Made by a program: the position numbers and the translations under genes
In this document: piece after piece, positions 48,197 through 57,203 of the stretch
Numbering within the stretch: position 1 is the stretch's first letter
Layout of the letters: each line of letters begins with the position of its first letter
The notes under the pieces: model-generated
Databases searched by the model: none
Seen by the model: the letters and a program-made list of their open reading frames with translations, nothing else
What the model was told of the DNA's origin: nothing
Source: an uncultured Spirochaetota bacterium
GTDB lineage: Bacteria; Spirochaetota; Spirochaetia; SZUA-6; Fen-1364
NCBI GenBank assembly: GCA_963781885.1
Contig: CAWAHW010000002.1
Location: 928,001-992,000 of the forward strand
Direction of reading: 5' to 3'
DNA length: 64,000 bases

Positions 48197-48885
48197 ATGA
48201 CCGGCTCGAGCGCGCGGTGAAGCTGTATCATGCCCACAGGTTCGACCAGGCGCTGGAGGAGTTGGGCGTGCTGGCAAAGGAATCCGAGCCGTCGCCCGAG
48301 ATCGACTACTACGTTGGTCTCTCCCTTACGCAGATCGGCCGGCACGAGGAGGCGCTGCTCGCCCTGGAGAAGGTGGTCAATTCCCACTTCAGCTTCCTCC
48401 ACATCATGCAAGCCCGCATGGTCCTGGGCTACATCTACTCCGTGACCGGACGTTTCCGCCTGGCCGAGTTCGAGTTCAACAAGGTCAACGAGATGGGCCT
48501 CCAGTCCTCGCAGGCCATGGCCGCCCTGGGGTATGTCTACTATGCCCAGAAGCGGGTCCCGGAGAGCATCGAGATGCTGTCCAAAGCCCTGGAGCTGGAG
48601 CCGCGAAATCCCAATGCCCTCAACTCGCTGGGTTTCATCTACGCGGAGGAAAAGCTCGACATCGGCAAGGCCGTCCAGCTCTGCCGCCAGGCCGTGGAGA
48701 TCGCCCCGCGCAATGCGGCCTACCTGGACTCCCTGGGATGGGCCTATTACCGACAGGGCAGCTTCGCCGAGGCAAAAGTTCATTTCCGACGCGCTTTGGA
48801 TCTCGCGCCGGGCAACAAGGAAATCGCCCAGCACATGAAGGCCTGCCTCGACGCCCTGAAAGACGTTTCCACCCCGCCGCGTTAA
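48193..48885 (+). CDS. Tetratricopeptide repeat protein
   Basis: Several TPRs, e.g. ALNSLGFIY and AYLDSLGWAYY. Confidence 0.9.
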   Translation: MNDRLERAVKLYHAHRFDQALEELGVLAKESEPSPEIDYYVGLSLTQIGRHEEALLALEKVVNSHFSFLHIMQARMVLGYIYSVTGRFRLAEFEFNKVNEMGLQSSQAMAALGYVYYAQKRVPESIEMLSKALELEPRNPNALNSLGFIYAEEKLDIGKAVQLCRQAVEIAPRNAAYLDSLGWAYYRQGSFAEAKVHFRRALDLAPGNKEIAQHMKACLDALKDVSTPPR

Positions 48886-48969
48886 CCCTTCCGGAGCACC
48901 TTTTTGCGACGAATTTTCGCACTTATCCTGCATACCGGTCGTGTCGAGAATGAAAACAGGAGTGAGCCA

Positions 48970-49131
48970 ATGAAGGTAGATAGCGTTGCTCTTCCTACCG
49001 TACCGATTGCACAGACCGCTGACATGCCGATCATCAACGTGGATGACATCAAGACAATCCTGTACCTCGGTATCAAGGGAGAGATCAAGCTCGACACGGG
49101 CAACAAGCACACGGTAGATACGTACGCCTGA
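48970..49131 (+). CDS. 53-aa hypothetical protein
   Basis: AGGAG SD; MKVDSVALPT...ILYLGIKGE...HTVDTYA. Confidence 0.65.
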   Translation: MKVDSVALPTVPIAQTADMPIINVDDIKTILYLGIKGEIKLDTGNKHTVDTYA

Positions 49132-49150
49132 TTTTCCTATACTCGGTTGC

Positions 49151-51175
49151 GTGAAACTGCGACCGCTTCTCGTCCTCTTCCTGTGTGCCCTGCCCGCGCT
49201 GCTTCCCGCCCAGGCAATCGATTACAACGCCGCACAATCCTCTGAGCAGCTTCGCGCCGGCGTCCAGGCGTTCCATCGCGGTTTCTACAACGACGCCTGG
49301 ACATCGCTCGAAAAGGCCATCAGCTACCAGCCGAAGAACTCACTCGCCCAGACATGGCTCGGCCGCGCCCAGTGGAAGGCCGGCTACGAGCAGGAGGCCA
49401 TCCGCACCTGGCAGCAGCTCCTGGATACCGGGGGGGGCGGAGCGCTGATCCGGGACTGGATCGGGGTCCTCAACTTCCGCCGGGGACTCGGCCGGGAGCT
49501 CTCGGGAAAGCCGACCTGGGTCGTCACCGCGCAGCTCGACGGCACGCTCACCGGTGGCTACCAGTTCCGCAGGCCCACGAGCGTCAAGCCGCGCGCCAAC
49601 GGCAGTTTCTGGGTCGTCGCATTCGGCTCCAACGAGGTCCTCCGCTTCGATCCCAATTTCCGTCTCCTCGATTCGTTCCGCGGCGGGCTCGCCGGGTTCG
49701 ACCGGCCTTACGACGTGGTCGAGGCGGACGACGGCTCGTTCTTCGTCTCGGAGTACGGCGCGAACCGCATCGCGAAGTGCGACGCGAAAGGGGAAAAGGT
49801 CTCGACATTTGGCACCAAGGGCCGGGGCGACGGCCAGCTCCTCGGCCCGCAGTACATGACCCTCGACTCGCGCGGATACCTGTGGGTGACGGACTGGGGA
49901 AACTCCCGCGTCGTCCGTTTCGGCGCCGACGGAAGCTTCATCCAGTCGATTGCCGGCATTCGTGGGCCCACGGGCATCGCCGCCGGCGGGGACAAGCTGT
50001 ACGTCTCCGAGCAGGCGGGCAAGCGCATCCTGGTCTATGACCTGAACGGCAACCCACTCGACACGCGGGGCGAGGGAACGCTCACGCAACCGGAGGGCTT
50101 GAGCTTCACGGCGTCGGGCACGCTCCTTGTCGCGGACGGCAACAGGATCATGGAGTGCGACCTGGACCGCGATGTCTGGACGGTGCGGGGGGACACCAGC
50201 GCGCAGACGCGCAAGCTCGTGCAGCAAGCCGTCACGCCCAACGGCGACATCCTCGGCGTCGATTTCGACCAGAGCCGGATCGTGCTCCTCTCCGACACGG
50301 CCTCGCTCTACGGAGGGCTCGTCGTGCGGGTGGACCGCGTGAACTCCGTGCAGTTCCCCGTCGTCATCGCCGATATCGCGGTGGAAAACAGATTCGGCAC
50401 GCCCGTCGTGGGGCTGGGCATCGACAACTTCACGGTGACCGAGGCGAGCGCAGGCGTGGCGTCCCCGGTCCTCGTGCAGGCCAATACGAACGTGAAAGCC
50501 TTCGACGTCTCGCTCGTCGTGGAGAGGTCGCCCGAGTTCGAAGCCTACCGGCAGGACGCGGTGAAGGCTGTCGCCGATCTCTACGGCCTGGTCACGCAGG
50601 GGGGGAGGATCAAGGCGGTCTCCGCCGGCGAGCGGCCGGTGCGGGAGGCGGACTTCGGCGAGACCCGGCTGCGTTTCGTGAACCAGGCGCTCCAGTCCGC
50701 CCCGTCGGCAAAGTGGAGATTCGACCTTGCCGCCCGATTCGCCGGCGACGAGCTCATCACCTCGCCGACGAGCGGCAAGCGGGCGATCGTCTTCTTCACG
50801 ACCGGTTCCCTGGGCAGCACCCCGTTCGGGACCTATTCGCTCCTGGAGCTTGCGGCGTATCTGCGGAACAGCTCCATCGCCTTCTATCCCGTGGTCTTCG
50901 GCAGCGGAACGCCGGACGAGCAGCTTGGCTACCTTGCCTCCGCCACGGGGGGACGGCTGTACGCGGTCACCTCCCCGGGGGGCATGCAGGAGGTGGTGGG
51001 CGACATCCGCAGCCGGGTGGGCTCCGTGTACACGATCCGTTACAGGTCGCCGACGCCGCCGGATTTCGGCGATCGCTACATCCCGCTGGAGATACAGGTC
51101 ATCGTCCAGCGCGTCAGCGGAAGGGACGAGGCGGGCTATTACGCTCCGACGACGGCCGGAACCGTCGAGAAATAA
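49151..51175 (+). CDS. Secreted TPR + NHL beta-propeller + vWA-like protein
   Basis: Signal peptide, TPR, NHL repeats (FDRPYDV, LLGPQYM, LTQPEGL), C-terminal vWA-like region (KRAIVFFT, LASATGG). Confidence 0.85.
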   Translation: MKLRPLLVLFLCALPALLPAQAIDYNAAQSSEQLRAGVQAFHRGFYNDAWTSLEKAISYQPKNSLAQTWLGRAQWKAGYEQEAIRTWQQLLDTGGGGALIRDWIGVLNFRRGLGRELSGKPTWVVTAQLDGTLTGGYQFRRPTSVKPRANGSFWVVAFGSNEVLRFDPNFRLLDSFRGGLAGFDRPYDVVEADDGSFFVSEYGANRIAKCDAKGEKVSTFGTKGRGDGQLLGPQYMTLDSRGYLWVTDWGNSRVVRFGADGSFIQSIAGIRGPTGIAAGGDKLYVSEQAGKRILVYDLNGNPLDTRGEGTLTQPEGLSFTASGTLLVADGNRIMECDLDRDVWTVRGDTSAQTRKLVQQAVTPNGDILGVDFDQSRIVLLSDTASLYGGLVVRVDRVNSVQFPVVIADIAVENRFGTPVVGLGIDNFTVTEASAGVASPVLVQANTNVKAFDVSLVVERSPEFEAYRQDAVKAVADLYGLVTQGGRIKAVSAGERPVREADFGETRLRFVNQALQSAPSAKWRFDLAARFAGDELITSPTSGKRAIVFFTTGSLGSTPFGTYSLLELAAYLRNSSIAFYPVVFGSGTPDEQLGYLASATGGRLYAVTSPGGMQEVVGDIRSRVGSVYTIRYRSPTPPDFGDRYIPLEIQVIVQRVSGRDEAGYYAPTTAGTVEK

Positions 51176-51206
51176 AAAGGAGCATCGGCGGCGCCGTGCT
51201 CCTTTT
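51175..51206. terminator. Bidirectional intrinsic terminator
   Basis: AAAAGGAGCA...TGCTCCTTTT inverted repeat between convergent genes. Confidence 0.8.
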
Positions 51207-51226
51207 CGCGGATTCCCGGGATCGTG

Positions 51227-51868
51227 TCAGGCCCGGAGGAATGCCTTGAACTTCTCCGCGGCGCTTGCCGCGTCCGGCGAGTAGCCGTCGGCGCCGATCT
51301 CCTTGGCGTACTGGTCGGTGAGGGGAGCGCCGCCGACCATGATCTTCACCTTGCCGCGCAACCCTTCGCTTTCGAACTTCCCGATGACGTCCTTCATACC
51401 CGTCATTGTCGTCGTGAGGAGTGCCGACATGCCGACGGTCTTGGCGTCGGGGTTGTCCTTGAATCCCTGGACGAACTTGTCGCCCGAGACGTCGATGCCG
51501 AGATCGATCACCTCGATGCCCGCGCCTTGGGCCATCATCTTCACGAGGTTTTTGCCGATGTCGTGCAGGTCTCCCTTCACGGTGCCCAGCAGCATCTTCC
51601 CGATAGGCTTCACGCCGGCCTTCACGAGCTCGGGCTTGAGTATCTCCATGCTCTGATTCATGGCGCGCGCCGCAATGAGCACCTCGGGGATGTAGATTTC
51701 GTTGCATTTGAAGCGCTGTCCAACCTTGTCCATGCCGTCCAGCAGGCCCTTGTTGAGGATTTCGCCGGCAGGCTTCTTCTCCGCAAGAAGCGCAGAGGTG
51801 AGCTCCTTGGATTTCGGCGCATTCCCTTTCTGGATTGCTTCGGACAGTTCCTGGTAGGTGGCCACCAT
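51227..51868 (-). CDS. Corrinoid (B12-binding) protein
   Basis: YIPEVLIAARAM, GDLHDIGKN (DxHxxG), SALLTTT, MVGGAP; AAGGAGG SD. Confidence 0.93.
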   Translation of the reverse strand: MVATYQELSEAIQKGNAPKSKELTSALLAEKKPAGEILNKGLLDGMDKVGQRFKCNEIYIPEVLIAARAMNQSMEILKPELVKAGVKPIGKMLLGTVKGDLHDIGKNLVKMMAQGAGIEVIDLGIDVSGDKFVQGFKDNPDAKTVGMSALLTTTMTGMKDVIGKFESEGLRGKVKIMVGGAPLTDQYAKEIGADGYSPDAASAAEKFKAFLRA

Positions 51869-51893
51869 CATCCTCCTTGCGCGCGGCACCGGC

Positions 51894-51988
51894 CGCCGCG
51901 GTATGCTCCGCGGATTCTCTTTGGCGCCGCGGTATGCTCCGCGGATTCTCTTTGGCGCCGCGGTATGCTCCGCGGATTCTCTTTGGCG
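51894..51988. repeat. 31-bp tandem repeat, three exact copies
   Basis: Unit CGCCGCGGTATGCTCCGCGGATTCTCTTTGG at 51894, 51925 and 51956. Confidence 0.95.
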
Positions 51989-52075
51989 ACACGGACGCTC
52001 CGTCGTGTGTATCAGGGCCCTCCGCATCCTTTTTTGATTGCCACAAACGGCATTCCGTGCTACGCTTGCGTGCAT

Positions 52076-52104
52076 ATCATGATAGAGGAGCATCTCGGTG
52101 TCAA
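52076..52104 (-). promoter_or_regulatory. Putative promoter of the corrinoid protein gene
   Basis: Minus strand TTGACA, 17 bp spacer, CATGAT; overlaps the ferredoxin start. Confidence 0.5.
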
Positions 52105-52379
52105 GAGGAAGGCCTGAGCTCGACCGCGAGCGCTGCAAGGGTTGCACGCTCTGCGTCGGCGCATGTCCCGAGAAAATCCTAGCCATGTCGCGCGACCAGT
52201 TCAACCGGCAGGGCGTGCCGTTCGCCGTCTGCATCGACGAATCGCGCTGCACGGCGTGCTTGTCCTGCGCGATCATATGCCCGGATATGGCCATTCGCAT
52301 CTTCCGACTCACTCCCGCAGAGGCCGGGCCGAATGTCGCCAGGAGCGACGGGCCGAATGTCGCCAGGAGCGACGGGTAG
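52098..52379 (+). CDS. 2x[4Fe-4S] ferredoxin (delta subunit of 2-oxoacid oxidoreductase)
   Basis: CKGCTLCVGACP and CTACLSCAIICP. Confidence 0.93.
   Translation: MSRGRPELDRERCKGCTLCVGACPEKILAMSRDQFNRQGVPFAVCIDESRCTACLSCAIICPDMAIRIFRLTPAEAGPNVARSDGPNVARSDG
52325..52376. repeat. 24-bp tandem repeat (2 copies) in the ferredoxin 3' end
   Basis: CGGGCCGAATGTCGCCAGGAGCGA twice, encoding GPNVARSD twice. Confidence 0.9.
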
Positions 52380-52383
52380 TCAC

Positions 52384-53436
52384 ATGGCAGTCACACTCAT
52401 GAAGGGCAACGAGGCAATCGGCGAGGCGGCCATCATCGCCGGATGCCGTCACTATTTCGGCTATCCCATCACGCCGCAGAATGAGCTTCCCGCCTACATG
52501 TCGCTGCGTCTCCCAAAGGTCGGGGGGACATTCCTCCAGGCGGAAAGTGAAGTGGCGGCCATCAACATGGTCCTGGGCGCCTCCGCGGCCGGCGCGCGCG
52601 TCATGACCTCCTCCTCCTCGCCCGGCGTGAGCCTGAAGATGGAAGGCATCTCCTATCTCTCGGGCGCCGAGCTGCCCGCGGTGGTCGTGAACATGATGCG
52701 CGGTGGACCGGGCCTGGGCAATATTGCCGGCGCACAGGGCGACTATTTCCAGGCGGTGAAGGGTGGGGGACACGGGGATTACCGCTGCATCGTCCTTGCG
52801 CCGAGCGGCGTGCAGGAGCTCGCGGATCTCACCGTGAAGGCATTCGACCTCGCGGACCAGCATCGGATGGTCGTGATCATTCTCGGCGACGGTTTCATCG
52901 GCCAGATGTCGGAGCCCATCACGCTGCCCGCGCCATCGGCGCGCGTATTCGACAAAAGCGGATGGATTCTTTCCGGGGCAACGGGCCGGGACCCGCACGT
53001 GATTGCCTCCATGCGGCTGAACCCTGACGACGCGCTGGCGCGTCTGAATGTCCGTCTCCAGGAGAAATACCGCCAGGTCGAAAAAGAAGAATGCCTGTGG
53101 GAGGAGTCGCACGCCGCCGACGCGGATTTCCTTCTTGTCAGTTTTGGATTGTCCGCGCGCATCTGCCGCTCTGCGGTGAGCGCGCTGCGGAAGGCGGGCA
53201 TCCGCGCGGGTCTTTTCCGCCCCATCACGTTGTGGCCCTTTCCCTCGGCGGAGCTTGTCCGCGCCGCGGCCGGCAAGAAGAAGATTCTCGTGGTCGAGAT
53301 GAATGCCGGCCAGATGGTGGAAGACGTGCGGCTGTCCGTGCTTTCATCGGTTCCCGTCGACTTCCTCGGCACGCTGGGCGGAATCACGCCGACGGTTGAG
53401 GGCATCGCGGAAAGGATCACGTCCTATGCCCGTTGA
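52384..53436 (+). CDS. vorB: 2-oxoacid:ferredoxin oxidoreductase alpha subunit (VorB-like)
   Basis: MKGNEAIGEAA, GYPITPQ, QAESE, RGGPGLG. Confidence 0.9.
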   Translation: MAVTLMKGNEAIGEAAIIAGCRHYFGYPITPQNELPAYMSLRLPKVGGTFLQAESEVAAINMVLGASAAGARVMTSSSSPGVSLKMEGISYLSGAELPAVVVNMMRGGPGLGNIAGAQGDYFQAVKGGGHGDYRCIVLAPSGVQELADLTVKAFDLADQHRMVVIILGDGFIGQMSEPITLPAPSARVFDKSGWILSGATGRDPHVIASMRLNPDDALARLNVRLQEKYRQVEKEECLWEESHAADADFLLVSFGLSARICRSAVSALRKAGIRAGLFRPITLWPFPSAELVRAAAGKKKILVVEMNAGQMVEDVRLSVLSSVPVDFLGTLGGITPTVEGIAERITSYAR

Positions 53437-54181
53437 GACATTACAGGAAAAGCTCGTCTATGGACGGCCCGCGGTGCTCGCCGACGTGCCGAATCATTAC
53501 TGCCCCGGGTGCGGTCACGGCATCATCCACAAGCTCCTCGCGCAGTGCATCGATGAGCTGGGCATCCAGCAGAGGACGATCCTCGTCGCGCCTGTCGGAT
53601 GCTCGGTGCTCGCCTACAACTACATCAAGGTGGATGGCTGCGAGGCCGCACACGGCCGCGCCCCCGCCGTTGCTACTGGCATCAAGCGCGTGCACCCTGA
53701 CGCAACCGTCATCTCCTACCAGGGGGATGGGGACCTGCTTGCCATCGGAACCGCGGAGACCATCCACGCGGCAAATCGCGGGGAGAAGATCACGGTCGTC
53801 TTTGTGAACAACGCCATCTATGGCATGACGGGCGGGCAGATGGCGCCGACGACCCTCCAGGCCCAAAAGACCAAGACATCACCCTACGGCAGGAACCCCG
53901 CGGACGTCGGGTATCCCATCCGCGCCTGCGAGCTGATCAACACGCTGGATGCGCCCGTCTTCATCGAGCGCTGCGCGGTGAGCAGCGTGAAGGGCATCCT
54001 GAAGACGAAGCGCGCCATCATGAAAGGGCTGCGCAACCAGGTGGAAAAGAAGGGCTATTCCTTCATCGAGATCCTCTCCATGTGCCCCACGGGCTGGGGC
54101 ATGGAGCCGCGGGAAGCCGCGGCATGGGTGGATTCCGATATGACGCCGGTCTTCCCGCTCGGGAACCTCAGGGACCGGTAG
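53426..54181 (+). CDS. 2-oxoacid:ferredoxin oxidoreductase beta (TPP-binding) subunit
   Basis: YCPGCGHG, HGRA, QGDGD, NNAIYGMTGGQ, CPTGW. Confidence 0.93.
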   Translation: MPVETLQEKLVYGRPAVLADVPNHYCPGCGHGIIHKLLAQCIDELGIQQRTILVAPVGCSVLAYNYIKVDGCEAAHGRAPAVATGIKRVHPDATVISYQGDGDLLAIGTAETIHAANRGEKITVVFVNNAIYGMTGGQMAPTTLQAQKTKTSPYGRNPADVGYPIRACELINTLDAPVFIERCAVSSVKGILKTKRAIMKGLRNQVEKKGYSFIEILSMCPTGWGMEPREAAAWVDSDMTPVFPLGNLRDR

Positions 54182-54190
54182 GGGGACGCC

Positions 54191-54727
54191 GTGTACGAAG
54201 GCCTTTTCTTTGCGGGATTCGGCGGCCAGGGCATCATCCTCGCGGGCAAGATCGTCTGCCTGGCGGCGATGGCGGAAGGAAAGCACGTCTCCCACATCCC
54301 CTCGTACGGCGCGGAGATGCGCGGGGGCACGGCGAACTGCTCCGTGGTGGTTTCCGACGATGAGATCGCCTCGCCGCTCGTTCCCAATCCGAGCGTCTGC
54401 ATCGTCATGAACAAGCCGTCACTCTTGAAATTCCAGTCGATGGTGCAGCCGGGGGGGCTCCTCCTCTGGAACGAATCGCTCATCGACCTTGCTCCCGCCC
54501 GGGCCGACATCGAGATCCTGGCGGTGAAGGCGAATGAGATCGCGGAGGCGGCCGGATCCTACCGGGCGGCGAACATGGTGATGCTCGGCGCGCTTCTGAA
54601 GCGGAAAAAGGATATCGCCTCGCTGGAGGCGGTGATCAACGTGCTCGGTGTGGCGGTGTCCGCGCGCCATCGCGAGCTGAACGACGTCAACAGAAAGGCG
54701 CTGACCGGGGGTTATGAAAGAGCGTAG
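54191..54727 (+). CDS. 2-oxoacid:ferredoxin oxidoreductase gamma subunit
   Basis: AGFGGQG, SYGAEMRGG, NMVMLGA. Confidence 0.93.
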   Translation: MYEGLFFAGFGGQGIILAGKIVCLAAMAEGKHVSHIPSYGAEMRGGTANCSVVVSDDEIASPLVPNPSVCIVMNKPSLLKFQSMVQPGGLLLWNESLIDLAPARADIEILAVKANEIAEAAGSYRAANMVMLGALLKRKKDIASLEAVINVLGVAVSARHRELNDVNRKALTGGYERA

Positions 54728-55415
54728 AGAGGAATCGCGCTTCCGCTTTCTTTTCTGGCGCACCAACTTTGTCGGCATCGCCATGATTGTGAGCGGCGCA
54801 TTCTTTCTCCTGGTGAACTTCAAGCTCATTCCCGCGAGCGATTTCCTGCCGCCCCGGGTCCTCGGCATCCTCTTCATCATGGTGGGGCTCATCTTCCTTT
54901 TCTTCTCGGGGGCCGGCCGCTGGCTCACGTGGTTCGTGATCCCGGCAGGGGCCTTTCTCACCGTGGGCATCGTCACGCTCGTCTTCGGCTGGAACCGGTT
55001 CTTCAGCCTCGACTCGGCAAGCCTCTTCTCCCTGGGCTTCGGCCTGACATTCCTCATGCTCTTCTGGTATCGCCGCGGGCATTGGTGGGTCCTCATCCCG
55101 TCGGGCGTCTTCATCGGCGCCGCCGCGGGTCTGGAGATCGGCGCCCGGTTTCCCACCATCGGCTGGCATCCGGTGGCGCAGCTTTTCTGCGTGGGCATTT
55201 CCTTCCTCGTGATCTGGCTGTACTCCGTGCAGAAAAAGAGGATGCGGTGGAGCCTGCTCGTCGGGGCGGTCATCGTCTCCCTATCTTTTCTCTACCTCCT
55301 GGGCATCCTGCTCGCGCGGTGGAGCATCCTCTGGCCCATCGTGCTCCTGCTCGCCGGGCTCCTGATACCGCTCTGGATCGCGGTCGCCGACAGGCGCGCG
55401 CGGGGGGACCGATGA
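54714..55415 (+). CDS. Hypothetical polytopic membrane protein
   Basis: About 8 hydrophobic helices with repeated W..IP.G motifs. Confidence 0.75.
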   Translation: MKERREESRFRFLFWRTNFVGIAMIVSGAFFLLVNFKLIPASDFLPPRVLGILFIMVGLIFLFFSGAGRWLTWFVIPAGAFLTVGIVTLVFGWNRFFSLDSASLFSLGFGLTFLMLFWYRRGHWWVLIPSGVFIGAAAGLEIGARFPTIGWHPVAQLFCVGISFLVIWLYSVQKKRMRWSLLVGAVIVSLSFLYLLGILLARWSILWPIVLLLAGLLIPLWIAVADRRARGDR

Positions 55416-55765
55416 CGGGCAGGATCCGCGATGCGGTCGCGGCACGTCGGGGACGCTGGGAGGCGCTCTGCCTGCGGTGCGGCCGCTGCTGTTATGAGAA
55501 GGAATATCGGGGCAGGCGCATCGTCACCAACTACCGCAAGCCGTGCCCGCACCTGGATACCATCGATCATACATGCCGGGTGTATGAAGCGCGTTTCGAA
55601 ACCTGCGACCGCTGTCGGAAAATGACCATCGCGCATGCGCTTTTCGTGACGTGGCTGCCGGACTCCTGCGGCTACGTCCAGCACTACCGGCACCCCAGAA
55701 GGGCCCGCGTCCTCTCAGCACCCCCCGCGGGCTCGCGACCACTGCCTGAGCAAAGGGGGGTCTGA
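55412..55765 (+). CDS. YkgJ/YcgN-like cysteine-cluster protein
   Basis: ATGA-coupled start; CLRCGRCC, CPHLD, CRVY, WLPDSCGYV. Confidence 0.82.
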   Translation: MTGRIRDAVAARRGRWEALCLRCGRCCYEKEYRGRRIVTNYRKPCPHLDTIDHTCRVYEARFETCDRCRKMTIAHALFVTWLPDSCGYVQHYRHPRRARVLSAPPAGSRPLPEQRGV

Positions 55766-55766
55766 A

Positions 55767-57179
55767 ATGCCCAGCAATAACCCGCAACTCTCCTTCCTTG
55801 GCGCGGCCCGGAGCGTCACCGGCTCACGCTTCCTCCTGGACACGGGCGGTTCCCGCATCCTTGTTGACTGCGGCCTGAGCCAGGAGCGCGACATGCAGGA
55901 GAAGAACTGGGCGCCCTTCCCGGTGCCCGCGGACAGGATCGACACCGTCCTGCTCACGCACGCCCATCTGGATCATTGCGGCCTCCTGCCGCGCCTGGCG
56001 CGGGAGGGGTTTCGCGGCCGCATCTTTGCCACCGGTCCGACGGCGGAAATCGCGCACATCGTCATGATCGATTCCGCGCGGCTCCAGACGGAAGACGTGG
56101 AGAACAAGAAGCGCCGGCATGAAAAGGAAAAACGCCAGAGCGTCCGCCCGCCCGTGCCGCTGTACGAGGTGAAGGACGCGGAAGCCGCATCGGCCCTCTT
56201 CCAGACGGTGCGCTATGGTGAGACGATACGCCTCGGCGAAGCGGAGGCGGAGTTCTTTGAAGCCGGCCACATCCTCGGGTCCGCTTCCATCCGCGTGCGC
56301 ATGCGGGCAGGAGGTTCTTTTCGCACGGTGCTGTTTTCCGGAGACATCGGGCGCTGGGACCGGCCGATCATCAATGACCCCGCGCCCTGCGACAGCGCCG
56401 ACTACGTCCTCATGGAATCCACGTACGGAGACAGACTGCACGACGACGACACGCAGATCGCCGCGACGCTCCAGTCGATCGTCACCGACACCGTCGCCCG
56501 GGGCGGCAATATCGTCATCCCGAGCTTCGCCATCGAGCGCTCCCAGGACGTGCTGTATTACCTGAACGAGCTCCTGCGGACCGACGGGATCCCCCACCTC
56601 CTGGTCTTCTTGGACAGCCCCATGGCGAGCTCCGTCACCGAGGTGTTCAGGCACTGGCCCGACTATTTCGATGCGGACATGCTGAAGCTCATGCGCGACA
56701 ACCGCTCTCCGTTCGACCTGCCCGGGCTGGTCATGGCGCGCAGCGCGGAGGAGTCCAAGGCGATCAACAGGATCACCGGCAGCGCCATCATCATCGCGGG
56801 GGCGGGAATGTGCACGGGCGGCAGGATCAAGCACCACCTCGCGCGCAACATCTCGCGGCCGCAGAGCACGGTGCTTTTCGTCGGCTACCAGGCGGAAGGC
56901 ACCCTTGGCCGGCTCATCCTGGAGGGCGCCCCCGAGGTGCGCATACTCGGCGAGCGGCAGCCGGTCAGGGCGCAGATCAAGAGCATGCAGGGATTTTCCG
57001 GTCACGCGGATCGCGACGAGCTCCTGCGGTGGGCATCGTGCATGAAGCAGAAGCCGCGGAAGGCCTTCATCATCCACGGAGAAGCAAAGGTCGCCACGAC
57101 CTTCGCAAAGACGCTGGAAGACCGCATGGGGTGGAGCGCCGTCGTGCCGATGCCCGGCCAGACCGTGGAAATCGCCTGA
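55767..57179 (+). CDS. MBL-fold beta-CASP ribonuclease
   Basis: THAHLDH, AGHILGS, FSGD, ESTYG, FSGHAD, HGE. Confidence 0.93.
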   Translation: MPSNNPQLSFLGAARSVTGSRFLLDTGGSRILVDCGLSQERDMQEKNWAPFPVPADRIDTVLLTHAHLDHCGLLPRLAREGFRGRIFATGPTAEIAHIVMIDSARLQTEDVENKKRRHEKEKRQSVRPPVPLYEVKDAEAASALFQTVRYGETIRLGEAEAEFFEAGHILGSASIRVRMRAGGSFRTVLFSGDIGRWDRPIINDPAPCDSADYVLMESTYGDRLHDDDTQIAATLQSIVTDTVARGGNIVIPSFAIERSQDVLYYLNELLRTDGIPHLLVFLDSPMASSVTEVFRHWPDYFDADMLKLMRDNRSPFDLPGLVMARSAEESKAINRITGSAIIIAGAGMCTGGRIKHHLARNISRPQSTVLFVGYQAEGTLGRLILEGAPEVRILGERQPVRAQIKSMQGFSGHADRDELLRWASCMKQKPRKAFIIHGEAKVATTFAKTLEDRMGWSAVVPMPGQTVEIA

Positions 57180-57203
57180 AATCTGACAGGGCAGCCGCGC
57201 CGC

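Noticed and set aside
51894-51988. 31-bp palindromic repeats as a CRISPR array
   Set aside because: The units are directly adjacent with no spacers, and there are no cas genes in the window
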